The notes under the pieces are model-generated. The model searched no databases. It saw only the letters and a list, made by a program, of their open reading frames with translations, and was not told the DNA's origin. A stretch of DNA of 63,614 nt, counting the filler, from Globobulimina sp. (lineage: Eukaryota): the NCBI GenBank assembly GCA_003354225.1. It is 57 parts of 57 records of this genome, joined end to end, with 100 filler letters (N's around TTAATTAATTAA, not from the genome) between each part and the next. Parts side by side here need not be neighbours in the genome. Positions count along the whole stretch, not along the records: positions 24,608 to 25,625 come from PIVH01025681.1; positions 25,726 to 26,743 come from PIVH01025682.1; positions 26,844 to 27,861 come from PIVH01025683.1; positions 27,962 to 28,979 come from PIVH01025684.1; positions 29,080 to 30,097 come from PIVH01025685.1; positions 30,198 to 31,215 come from PIVH01025686.1; positions 31,316 to 32,333 come from PIVH01025687.1; positions 32,434 to 33,451 come from PIVH01025688.1; 49 more parts are not named here. One strand, given 5' to 3'. The position numbers and the translations under genes were made by a program. This document shows, piece after piece, positions 24,608-35,787 of the stretch (position 1 is its first letter; each line of letters starts with the position of its first letter).

Positions 24608-25221
24608 ATTGTTTGCTGTCTCTGGTACAGATTATACACGATGTGCAACAACAGGAAAAGGCTCTGGCAATGTATACTTTGAATCGTTGACAAGCGATAA
24701 AATTATATCATCCGATGGTAATGTTAGATTTGTTATAGATGCATCGACTGGTGATGTATATTTAGAAACAATTGAAAACAGTGAAGCTGCCACACGGTGG
24801 AGTTTATTATTTGATGGATTTCCTGTGACAAATGACGGCAAATTTGTTATTGGATGGAATGGAGATTTAACATATATCGATAATACAAATACACAAATAT
24901 GGTCATCAAATACAAAAACATTGACGGATGTATCACCACTTTCATTATGTGTAACTGACTGTGGTCGAGTTACGTTTATAAGAGAGGACAATAAAGAAGA
25001 AATATGGAAGAATCCCGACTACAATCAACAGACTAACCCCACCACTTATCCAAACTGTTCCGCTCCATCTATTGCACCAACCGCAGGTTTGTCGTATACT
25101 TTATTTGCAATGTGAATAATTATATATTTTTATAATAGCACCAATTGCAACCGATGGATGCGATTCATATCCAATGGGAGTTACTGTACTCATGGCATTT
25201 GTTGGTATTTTAATGTGTTAA
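24608..25221 (+). CDS. Bulb-type (B-)lectin-like domain protein with PT-rich stalk and hydrophobic C-terminus; intron 25087..25138
   Basis: FVIGWNGDLTYIDNTNTQIWSSNT and LCVTDCGRVTF...EIW repeats; spliced tail ends VLMAFVGILMC*. Confidence 0.65.
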
Positions 25222-25477
25222 AAAAAGCTTTTAAAGTAATTATATAATATTAATTTTAAATTTATTGAATTGATAAGTGCAAGGATACCACTTCAGTCCA
25301 CTTGCAAATGTACAGTTTGTATTCACTTTGCAAACCCTTTTGGGTTAGGTAGAGTAATCCTAGTATACGAAGTTGAAAACCACTGTAGTTAACCCAAAAA
25401 CCTTGCCAATCGTTGAAATGAAACGAAACTAAACTAATCCAAAAAAGTTAAATGCAACAATTTAGAAACATTATGTA

Positions 25478-25624
25478 AAGAGCATCAGGTTTTCAGCGTC
25501 AGATTTTTATTGTTTCTGAGAAACGAAGGCAAACCGATATTATTTTTACCTTTATCAGTCACCAGAAACGGTTTACTTATACCTTACCCCAATAAAAATC
25601 TGACACTGAAGACCGGATGCTCTT
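25478..25624. mobile_element. MITE, 147 bp with 35-bp TIRs (complete copy)
   Basis: Left AAGAGCATCAGGTTTTCAGCGTCAGATTTTTATTG matches the reverse complement of 25590..25624 at 32/35 positions; two more copies in this window. Confidence 0.85.
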
Positions 25625-25773
25625 CNNNNNNNNNNNNNNNNNNNNNNNNNNNNNNNNNNNNNNNNNNNNTTAATTAATTAANNNNNNNNNNNNNNNNNNN
25701 NNNNNNNNNNNNNNNNNNNNNNNNNTTTGATTATCATACTACATCCTTACTAAAAAACTCTACTAAAAGTACC

Positions 25774-26743
25774 ATGCTGTCTCGTGCAACAAAGTTGATA
25801 CAGGTATATACTAAAAAGATTCATATCACCTCACTTAATCCATTTAAACACTTAGATTCACAATGGACAATTCTCGTCATCCCTTAACCTTCCAATCATT
25901 CAAACCTTACCATACAATTTTCATAAATCTAATTATAATTTCACCACAAATCAACAAACAAAACAAACACTATCCGGCCAAGCAAATGATTGGTTAAAAT
26001 TAGCCACAAAGGAGACAAAATATGAGGATCCAATGGAACAATTAACCTCAGAAACACCCGAAGGCATTGAATTAAAACCATTATACTTTGACCACACCGC
26101 AAACCGTAACGAATTCCCCGGCCTTTACCCATACACACAAGGACCATATGCCACAATGTACACTCAGAGACCATGGACCGTCCGCCAATATGCAGGCTTT
26201 TCCACAGCAGAGGAATCAAACAAATTTTACAAACACAATCTCTCAATGGGCCAACAAGGCATCTCTGTCGCATTCGATTTAGCCACACACCGTGGCTACG
26301 ACAGCGACCATCCGCGCGTCTCTGGCGATGTTGGTATGGCCGGGGTCGCCATTGACAGTGTGGAAGATATGAAAATATTATTCAATGACATCCCATTGGA
26401 TAAAATGAGTGTGTCCATGACTATGAATGGCGCAGTTATCCCTATCTTGGCCATGTATATACAAACCGCTTGCGAGCAAGGAGTGGACTCGAAATTATTG
26501 CGTGGTACCATTCAGAATGATATCTTAAAAGAATACTTGACGCGAAATACCTTTATATATCCCCCGCAACAGTCATTGCGGATTATAGCGGACATTATGA
26601 GTTATTTACATAGCGAGTGTCCCAAATTTAACTCAATTTCCATCTCAGGGTATCATATGCACGAAGCCGGCGCCGATGCCGCGTTAGAACTGGCCTTTAC
26701 CATTGCCAATGGTTTGGAGTATTCGCGTTGCGCCATCAACGCG
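25774..26743 (+). CDS. MMUT: Mitochondrial methylmalonyl-CoA mutase, 3'-partial; intron 25804..25855
   Basis: [66 protein letters not shown]; presequence [10 protein letters not shown]. Confidence 0.97.
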
Positions 26744-26845
26744 NNNNNNNNNNNNNNNNNNNNNNNNNNNNNNNNNNNNNNNNNNNNTTAATTAATTAAN
26801 NNNNNNNNNNNNNNNNNNNNNNNNNNNNNNNNNNNNNNNNNNNAA

Positions 26846-26953
26846 CTCCATGAAGCCATTGACTGCAGTCCCTCCCTGGCAGAAGCCTATGTGCTTCTTG
26901 GCGGCATCTGTCTCCAGAGGAAAGACCTTGAGGGGTGTTATCGTTATAATCAA
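26846..26953 (+). CDS. Bacterial TPR protein fragment (Desulfobacterota-like)
   Basis: LHEAIDCSPSLAEAYVLLGGICLQRKDLEGCYRYNQ has TPR helix-pair spacing; more GC-rich than the rest of the contig. Confidence 0.55.
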
Positions 26954-26984
26954 AATGACGAATTGTCGACGTTGAGACATGTCG

Positions 26985-27861
26985 ATGTCCCCAATGAAAA
27001 TATGAATTGAAATATGGTCTGCTTTCTTCATCGCAATCACTTAATAACCATATCCATGAAATTCTTAAATATTCAATAGGATCAATTTTATTCAGTATTA
27101 AACATAAAAACGTAAAATACAGAGGATCACAATCACTGGTTATAGACATAATTCTTACATCTTTCTTTCCATTACATAGCTTCAAAAAACTATAATATTC
27201 CAAAAAACACCTTTTGAACATCCAATTCTCACGAACTATTGTATGCATTGAAAAAGGTGATATCGGTTCTGTTCCAGCAATTGATGATAAAGACATAAAT
27301 GTTGACAACATAGGTTTTCCATCAACCGGCGCTAATAATCCTTCTGTACAATCTATATTGAATGTTCTTGCATGCCCTTTGCCATATTTGATTGTGTATG
27401 CAGCCACTAAATAGCATATCTGAAGCGTTAAAAAAATAAAATAAAAAAAAAACTTAACATGCTGTATTATAAATGCACCACGCTAAAGGTGTTTGTTGTA
27501 AACTATGAATATTGGATCGCCTCGATTCTGGTAAATCAAAAAACCATTTATTTTTATGATCCTCCAATACGCCTTTATGCAAAGACTCATAAATTGTTGA
27601 TGCTTTTTGTTGAGCTTTATTATCTAAATGTCGTATCCGTTTAGCTGCATTATGTGTTGGAAATGATGAATTACTACAACTGAATGGATCGTAGTTTTTT
27701 TGATTTGTAACGTAATGTTCGATTTGACTTACTCTTGGCTCTTTTTCAGTAAATTTTGATCTAATATTTTCATCAGTAACACGCGATAATAAAATACCGA
27801 TTGGATGTGAATGACATGTGTATGTGTCAAATATGAATTTCACAGTAACTTTTAAATAATC
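26985..27861 (-). mobile_element. Possible Mutator-like (MULE) transposase fragment
   Basis: CHSHP upstream, then FNIDCT...SITSDCD...YFH spacing resembles the MULE D...D...(C)xxH pattern; weak. Confidence 0.3.
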
Positions 27862-28865
27862 NNNNNNNNNNNNNNNNNNNNNNNNNNNNNNNNNNNNNNN
27901 NNNNNTTAATTAATTAANNNNNNNNNNNNNNNNNNNNNNNNNNNNNNNNNNNNNNNNNNNNATGAATGTGTATGAAATATCAATCTGGACGATTTATTAC
28001 ATTTTATTCCGTAGGCAGCTGCTTTGCGTAGTAAATGCATTGTATCTATTTTGAGTGTGTAAGTAGAGGTAAACGTTGCATAATGAATCTATAATGAGTT
28101 GAAAGTGAATGTTGATTTTTGATATAGTTGAGTAAGTTAGAAGGTTTTTACAAAACAGGATTAATTTTGCTTCTTGTTTGTTATTTGTCCATTTCAGTAT
28201 AGGTTAACACTTTCTCTTCCATCAACTACTTGATTTGGTAATATGATGCTTTAGTAAAGTATGGTGAAAAATAACAGTTTGCTATGTACATTCGCAAATC
28301 ATCTCTTATCATGTATTAATAACACGTGCAGCTGCAGATTTGTATAATTTCATATATTGGTTAGCGGAGAAATCCTGCCAATTATTCAGTTAATATTCTA
28401 ATTTTATCAATAATTATATAATCGTAACAATGTCACTTAGGAAAATTCCAAAAAGAAAATCAACAGAAATGATGCATCCAGCAGCGAAAATTGGTGGTGT
28501 TCGACACAAATCACATAAACAAACAGAAACTGCTAAGCAGTGCGGTACAAACATAACACCGAAACAAACCAAACAAATAAAACAGAAGATTGTGCATAAA
28601 ACATTACCATCAAAAAAACAAAGCAAAAGGAAAAGAAAACAAATAAATTCACAAATTAACCAACCAACTCCAACATACTATTTTAGCAAAGAGACGCCAC
28701 GACGCTAATTATAATGTTTTGTTGATTGTTAGCAGTCTGATCATGTCTTGCGATTAAATAAAATACTTAATCTTTAATTTAAAAACTTAGAAAAACACAT
28801 AAACCATAATTAATGTACTAAAAAGGGCAGCAACTTTGTAAATGTATAAAAAAATGATATTGGTA

Positions 28866-28979
28866 AAGAGCATCCGGTCTTCAGCGTCAGATTTTTATTG
28901 GGGTAAGGTATAAGCAAACCGTTTCTGGTGACTGATAAAGGGAAAAATAATATAGGTTTGCCTTCGTTTCTCAGAGCAA
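28866..28979. mobile_element. MITE copy 2 (opposite orientation, cut by contig end)
   Basis: Near-identical reverse complement of 25510..25624, including the internal sequence. Confidence 0.85.
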
Positions 28980-29079
28980 NNNNNNNNNNNNNNNNNNNNN
29001 NNNNNNNNNNNNNNNNNNNNNNNTTAATTAATTAANNNNNNNNNNNNNNNNNNNNNNNNNNNNNNNNNNNNNNNNNNNN

Positions 29080-29697
29080 AACAATGAGAATAATATATTT
29101 GAAAATGGCGTGTTTGAGAATGATAATGATGTCGAGGAGGGGGAGGATGAGGATAGTTATGAGAATGGTAATGGTTACAATGGTTATGGGAGGAAGCGAA
29201 GGTGGAACGGAGGGAGGAATCGAAATTATTATAGCAATAAATGGAACCGATATAAGTCGAATAGGTATAAAAAAAGTTGGTATAATTGGAATAAAAATAA
29301 AAATAAAGAGTATGCAAAGTCAGATGAAGAAATTAATGAAGAAACACATGTGTTTGTACATGAAAAACGTTTGGATTTTCGCGTGTTACCCAAATGGTGT
29401 CAACATAATAATATTACGACGTTGTTTCGATGTGTGGATGGGTTTGGTTTTGGTTATGGCGATCTGAGCGATATCGAGAGAGAGAGCGAAGAGGGTACCG
29501 GTGAGGAGAGAGAGAGTGAGTTATTGGATGAGAATTTATATTTTAATTTCTTGTGTTCGGCAGAGAGTGATTCAGTGTATGAATATTTAGGATTTAAAGA
29601 GATTATAATTTCGCAAATATATTTTTTAAATAAATCAATTCGGAAACGAGTGCATGACACAGCACCGTTATTATTACAAACCTATTGTTTTTTGTAA
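29080..29697 (+). CDS. Hypothetical protein with acidic and N/Y/G/R-rich low-complexity segments, partial
   Basis: ORF of at least 195 aa. Confidence 0.5.
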   Translation, partial: NNENNIFENGVFENDNDVEEGEDEDSYENGNGYNGYGRKRRWNGGRNRNYYSNKWNRYKSNRYKKSWYNWNKNKNKEYAKSDEEINEETHVFVHEKRLDFRVLPKWCQHNNITTLFRCVDGFGFGYGDLSDIERESEEGTGEERESELLDENLYFNFLCSAESDSVYEYLGFKEIIISQIYFLNKSIRKRVHDTAPLLLQTYCFL

Positions 29698-30529
29698 TTA
29701 TTAATTAATTATTTTATTTTGTGTAATACCATAAAATAATAGAATTTTAAAAAAAGATATTTTAAATTATCGTTATTTTAATGGTCCATATCTACAGTAT
29801 TTGTTTTGTTTTTATTTTTTGTGTTTAAGTTCATTGTAAACAATCCATTTAAACTGTGCTTACACTCTTGATCATTTGCTCACGTCTCGAATGTCAAATG
29901 TGGACAGATAGCAAAACAAAAAGCCGGTGGTGTTATAACTGAGATAAAAAAGATAACGTATATATATATCTAGTGTTATTCACAACTTATTATTATTATG
30001 ATTTTATGTATAGTCAAACATTTGTAAATATTTCTTTCTAACACCATTGATAAACTTATGGGATATCTTCTTTTTATTTTATATTCATCACTCAATCNNN
30101 NNNNNNNNNNNNNNNNNNNNNNNNNNNNNNNNNNNNNNNNNTTAATTAATTAANNNNNNNNNNNNNNNNNNNNNNNNNNNNNNNNNNNNNNNNNNNNTAA
30201 TTAATTTTAAGCGTATTAGTAAATATTTCAAATGTCTTCCCTTTGACATTCTGATTCTGATTCTGTGATTGCAATGAATTTGTATACGTCTCATACAATG
30301 TTTTTCCATAATTCTGGTTTGATTGTCTGTTTGTTTGCTGTAATGTGCAGAAGCAATACGTTTATGAAAGCTCTTAAACTGAAACTTAGTTCAATATGTA
30401 TATTTTTTATTTTCATCATATATGACATATAAAATTTTTCAAGAAATTCAACCAAAATTTGAGGAATCACGTTCAAATCAAGTCAGACATAATGTCAGTC
30501 AAGGATTTGATATCGATATTGTGCTTTCA

Positions 30530-31007
30530 AATCTATCAGTGCCAGCATATCCATCCTCTGTGTTTGACTTCTTTAAAGCAGCACCAATTTACATATTTGC
30601 CTATGGAGGACATCCATTAGCCTTTATTATGACGAATGAGTTATTTAATTAAGACATTGCGACGTATTAATATTACACTGATAAATGCGTTTGGTTTCGT
30701 AACTGCAGTGTATGCAACAGTCGCTTTGTTTGGATATTTGACGTTTGGGGACCAGGCACAGTCAAACATATTACTGAATTATCCGGATGATAATGTTTTG
30801 ATTATCATTGTGCGGATTGGATTGTCGGTGGCCGTGGCTTTCAATCAAATTATTGCGCCAGGATTGGTATATTATTATTATGATAAATTGCATGTACAGA
30901 CAATGCGGGCCAATCCATGGCATGACTTCAAATGGAAGGGATCTATATGTTTGATTGTATTTAGATGCATTGTGATGCCGTTTGGAACAGCACTTGTTTT
31001 CATATAA
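30530..31007 (+). pseudogene. Amino-acid transporter (SLC38/AVT family), frameshifted and internally deleted
   Basis: APIYIFAYGGHP...NEL, then in +1 frame FGYLTFGDQAQSNILLNYP; jumps from LSVAVAF to IIAPGLVY, omitting expected helices. Confidence 0.7.
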
Positions 31008-31315
31008 ATAGTATTTATAAACGGTAGGTATATCGTTGCTACTTTTTTGTAAATTTGTATAATAATATAATATATGTTAGTATCATGACACCGTCCAACG
31101 ATATATTCTAATGGGTAGACCATGAGCCCCTTTTGAATAAATACGATCTCCGATCATCTGCAGAGTTCGTTTTTTGCTTTCACTGATCGACCATGTCAAC
31201 CTTGAATAAATTAGCNNNNNNNNNNNNNNNNNNNNNNNNNNNNNNNNNNNNNNNNNNNNTTAATTAATTAANNNNNNNNNNNNNNNNNNNNNNNNNNNNN
31301 NNNNNNNNNNNNNNN

Positions 31316-32333
31316 ACACAGACTTTATATCATCCATCAAAACTTGACTGTTATTACCTTGTAGTCCTAGTCCTAAATACGATTGAATAGAGCCTGATAT
31401 GTTCAATGTATTTGTAGTGAAATATATATTGTTTGCTCGTACAACACCGTCTATGCATAATACATCCTTTACATCCATAATGCAGTCAAATAATTCCATT
31501 TTGTCAGGTATTATTGTTTGATTATTGTCGCCGATTACAATTTCACATCCTCTTTGCATATCAAATTTGGCTACGTTTCTAATTGTACATTGCAATCGGG
31601 GATGTATTTTAGATCCATTTTGAACTGTACAGTGATTAACATGTACGATTTTAAATTCTTGATGACAAGCAATCTCAGTGTTATTCAGCAATTGAATCTC
31701 ATCACAATGTTCTGCAAATAATGACATCGAATGGATTATGCTTGATTTAAAATGTATTTTATTTGTATTTGAAATATTCAAATTATGGTCGCAGACAATC
31801 TGCGTATTGTCGACTGCAAAGCTTTTCACATTGTCCATATAAAATTCATTGCATTTCAACAACGATTCATTGATACTAATATTAGCAGAATTTAATAAAT
31901 ATACTTTACATCGGGAAGAAAGGCGCAATTTCTTCACATTCATATGCATCATTTCCTCAATTTTGTTAAAAATAATAACTCCATCACATGATTGATGCAA
32001 TATTTTACAATCTGAAATATGAATTGACGATGATTCAACACACAACACGGCTTTGTTTGCAATTGTGTAAGATTCGAACAATTCGAGTGACTCCTCGTAA
32101 AATCCATAAATCTCCGAAACATTTCTTACATTCTTCGCATTATAATTATTAGCAGTTGTCATTGTTGTATTTGTGGTAATTGTATTGGTTGTAAATAGCA
32201 TTGGTTTGATGTTGATCAAATTTGATTGTGTTGATCGAAGATAGCAAAAGTTATTAGCAGTGACTTGTTTTGAAGATACAGTTAATTTGCCTTTGCAATT
32301 TATTATCATGGAGTTTGCTGCAAATATGTCACC
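31316..32333 (-). CDS. Beta-solenoid-like repeat protein, partial
   Basis: Open across the contig; periodic I/V-x-I/C-x-N beta-strand repeats. Confidence 0.55.
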
Positions 32334-32433
32334 NNNNNNNNNNNNNNNNNNNNNNNNNNNNNNNNNNNNNNNNNNNNTTAATTAATTAANNNNNNNNNNN
32401 NNNNNNNNNNNNNNNNNNNNNNNNNNNNNNNNN

Positions 32434-32992
32434 AGCTTCCATTTGGTGAAATATTGGATAGTTTGTCGAATCAATTGTGTCTTGTCTTAATTTTAATTTT
32501 ATTGTAATGTACAGAGCAATATTAATGCTACACAGAGTTGGAGTTGGCGAGTATTACATACCTATAGCAATCACCTACAATTAAGAATGATTTTTTCCCA
32601 TTGGATAACATTTCCGTTTGATGTGCAGATGTATGTGGCCTCAGTAATGTGTTAGCATCGATGTAATATGTATCAGTCAAATGTGTTGACGGATGATCTG
32701 ATGGGATTAGTAAATCATTAAAATTTTGTTTTGTTGTCACAACTTCATTTAAGTTATCTTCCATTATAAATATACCATTATGAACTTTATTTAAATGATT
32801 GTAGATGCGATTTTTTATAATACAAATTGGATTTGATTCATTTAAGTGTAATTTCCGTGTTCTTAATTCATTGATTTGATACGATACATTAAGTGTTCCT
32901 GGCACGATGGTACCCAAAATGTGTGCTGATTCATTTAAATTACGAGAACTTATATTGTTTAAACAGTTGGTAATACGGCGCGTCACCAACAT
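32434..32992 (-). CDS. FARS2: Mitochondrial phenylalanyl-tRNA synthetase, 3'-partial; intron 32486..32561
   Basis: QNFNDLLIPSDHPS...DTYY...LLRPHTSAHQ...GDCYR|QDTIDSTNYPIFHQME. Confidence 0.93.
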
Positions 32993-33264
32993 TTTCTAGA
33001 AACTTCAGAAAAAACAATGCGGAAGTCTCATTTTGGAACCTTGGCTTTACTTTTATACGTTGTTTATAATCACCCAATTTTATTTAAATCATCATTTTTA
33101 CACTGCATTTATTACATATTAATTGTATTAACTGCATTTTTTGAGTTATTTTCATGGATTCCATGCAAAAATCACATTGAATATTTCCGGAGACTTGATG
33201 GTGAAACATGTATGATTGGTATTATTATTTTGCCAGCAATTTCCGCATCATTTTCAATGATGTT

Positions 33265-33451
33265 TCACTCTGTAGTGTACTCGTACGCTCCGGCGTCGGG
33301 TGCAACACCCTGTGGCACCGTGTTGCCGTGGAGATCGGTTTCATAGCGTATACTGCGCCCCATGTCCACGGCAGGGCTTGTCGGGCGCCAAGCCTGCCGA
33401 TGAAGAGTTGACTCTGAGTGCGCTCGGGTTTGTCGACGATGCTGTCGTGCC
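33265..33451 (-). CDS. GC-rich bacterial fragment: C-terminus with choice-of-anchor Q-like motif
   Basis: SPAVDMG...DLHGNTVPQGVAPDAGAYEY matches the SPAIDxG...DxxG...PQG...DxGAYE pattern. Confidence 0.6.
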
Positions 33452-33551
33452 NNNNNNNNNNNNNNNNNNNNNNNNNNNNNNNNNNNNNNNNNNNNTTAAT
33501 TAATTAANNNNNNNNNNNNNNNNNNNNNNNNNNNNNNNNNNNNNNNNNNNN

Positions 33552-34335
33552 GAAATTCGAATTTAGTGTCGATTATGCCAACGATGCAGGTTTATGTTCA
33601 GAGACAGGTTTTAGAATTCCAAGTGCTGCGACATTTATACCATTTAGTAAAGACACAGCGGGAGCATGGGAAAGTATAGAAAGCATGTGTGTCATGTCAG
33701 TGACGAATGAAGCAACACATCCCGATGGTACTGCTGTATCAGCACAAGAAATTTATGCGGGTGGTGCTTTTGACGAGAATTCAGAATTGTGCATGGACGG
33801 TGACTGTTATTTTTTCCAATCGCAGGCTTATGAATCACAAATTACTTTTCTTGCATCATTGGTTGATTGGAATGATGTCAGTTTTGACATTGAAGTGTAT
33901 TCTGATTATTCGTTTAAAATTACTGGTGTCATAAATGGTGATATTGAAGATACAATCGATGTTATTGGAATTGGGCATGGTGCTGCTAAAAACAATAAAT
34001 TTGAGAAAGAATATGTATTTTCTGAAGATGGTGTTGTGATTAGCTCAATACGCTATGATGAGGGTAAATTATGTAAAAAAATATTTTCAACCTCCATTGC
34101 TTACGCACAATCCATTAGTACAAATATTGATATGTTCAATTATAAGAATGGTTATATTTATATTGATAAAAAAATATTTTTCGTTGTTATTGCAATTTCA
34201 TTATTAGCTGTTATTGGAATGGTGGCAGTTTGTGTTATTAGAAAAGTATTTCAATGGATTTGTTGTAAAGAAAATAAGAAAACATATGCATTTGAAGCGG
34301 TTAATGTTGATTCAATGACTGATACAGAATCATAA
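33552..34335 (+). CDS. Type I membrane protein, 5'-partial
   Basis: Cys-containing ectodomain, C-terminal TM helix and short acidic tail. Confidence 0.65.
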
Positions 34336-34669
34336 AATTTAAATCATAATGACCTTATATTTTTTGTAATATAATAATTATTAAACTAGTTTAATACGCC
34401 TTGAATTGCTTTACGCAATTTCGCAAAAAAACGATATTTCGCACAATTATTGGCTCTTTCCACAGAAACGGTACGATTTTGTGACCTTTTGTAAACAAAA
34501 AGGAACGAACAAGCAAACACAGTCAACACAAACGATATCATAGTCAACAGAAACAAATACTAAAAGAGTNNNNNNNNNNNNNNNNNNNNNNNNNNNNNNN
34601 NNNNNNNNNNNNNTTAATTAATTAANNNNNNNNNNNNNNNNNNNNNNNNNNNNNNNNNNNNNNNNNNNN

Positions 34670-35687
34670 GTACCATACAGTTCAACTGCTTCACGTAAAT
34701 ATTTACTGAGAAAAAAAAAGTGTTTATTTCTTTGCTTAATTTCACTTAATTGTTCCAGTGGGTGTTCAAAACGAAATGTTCCGCTGAATGTTGTACATAA
34801 CTCACTATAATCACAATAAATGAGCACTGCCATTATGTGTTGAATTGTAATCGGTGAATTTGCTGCGATGTCATAATGCAGGACAAGTTTTCGTGATAAA
34901 ATGCAGTTTGAACTCATACTTTTTCTCTGTTCCGTGTCCATATATTGTTTTGCTTTCAAAATTATTTGATTTTTATAGGTGTCCATTGTAACGTTACCAT
35001 CAAATTCGTAATAACTTAAAATTTCGGTTTGGAAATCTTTATATTTAGGTGCTGCAATATATAAATCTGCAACAGAATAACCTGCGTAATCATTATCATT
35101 TGCCCATATCACATCTTTTGTTTGTTGATTGTGAGAATAATATGGCCAATAAAAGAAAACAAAACCACTGCTAAAGCTCATTTTTTTCACTATATATATT
35201 ATGTTATTCATATTACATAGAAAAAAGTACTCTGAAAACATACAGTTGTAATTCCGAGCATATTTACGAATCAAAGCAAGAAATTTCATATTTTGTATCT
35301 GTTGATAAATGTTGGAAGTAGCCATAGCATCATCTGGATATTGCCCCACATCATCTCGAACAGCCTCACTGTCATATTCTTCATCCATTAAATATGAACC
35401 CAATGTACCTACGTCATATTTCAATGTAAATTCAAATAAATCATCCAAAAAAACGATTGCTATGTAACACATTAACATATTATAGTACGTTAGTAAATAT
35501 ATTATATAGATCTGCATACATTGATCCCCAGTATGTAGCAAAAATTTATCTGCATTTTTCAATGCATATTTTCTATTCAAATTTAAAATGTGCCGCTTCC
35601 TTTTTAATAGTTCTGCATCAAAACAAGAGCCAATATCCTTTTCTTCATCAATAGTCACATTATCATTATCATTGTCGCTAAACCTCA
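34670..35687 (-). CDS. Member of an expanded ART-like protein family (region preceding the putative catalytic core); introns 35460..35519 and 35190..35243
   Basis: YLMDEEYDSEAVRDD...SNI, FSSGFVFFYW, HIMAVLIYCDYSELCTTFSGTFR...SKYLREAVELYG; ART assignment is recalled family resemblance and the catalytic residues lie beyond the contig end. Confidence 0.5.
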
Positions 35688-35787
35688 NNNNNNNNNNNNN
35701 NNNNNNNNNNNNNNNNNNNNNNNNNNNNNNNTTAATTAATTAANNNNNNNNNNNNNNNNNNNNNNNNNNNNNNNNNNNNNNNNNNNN

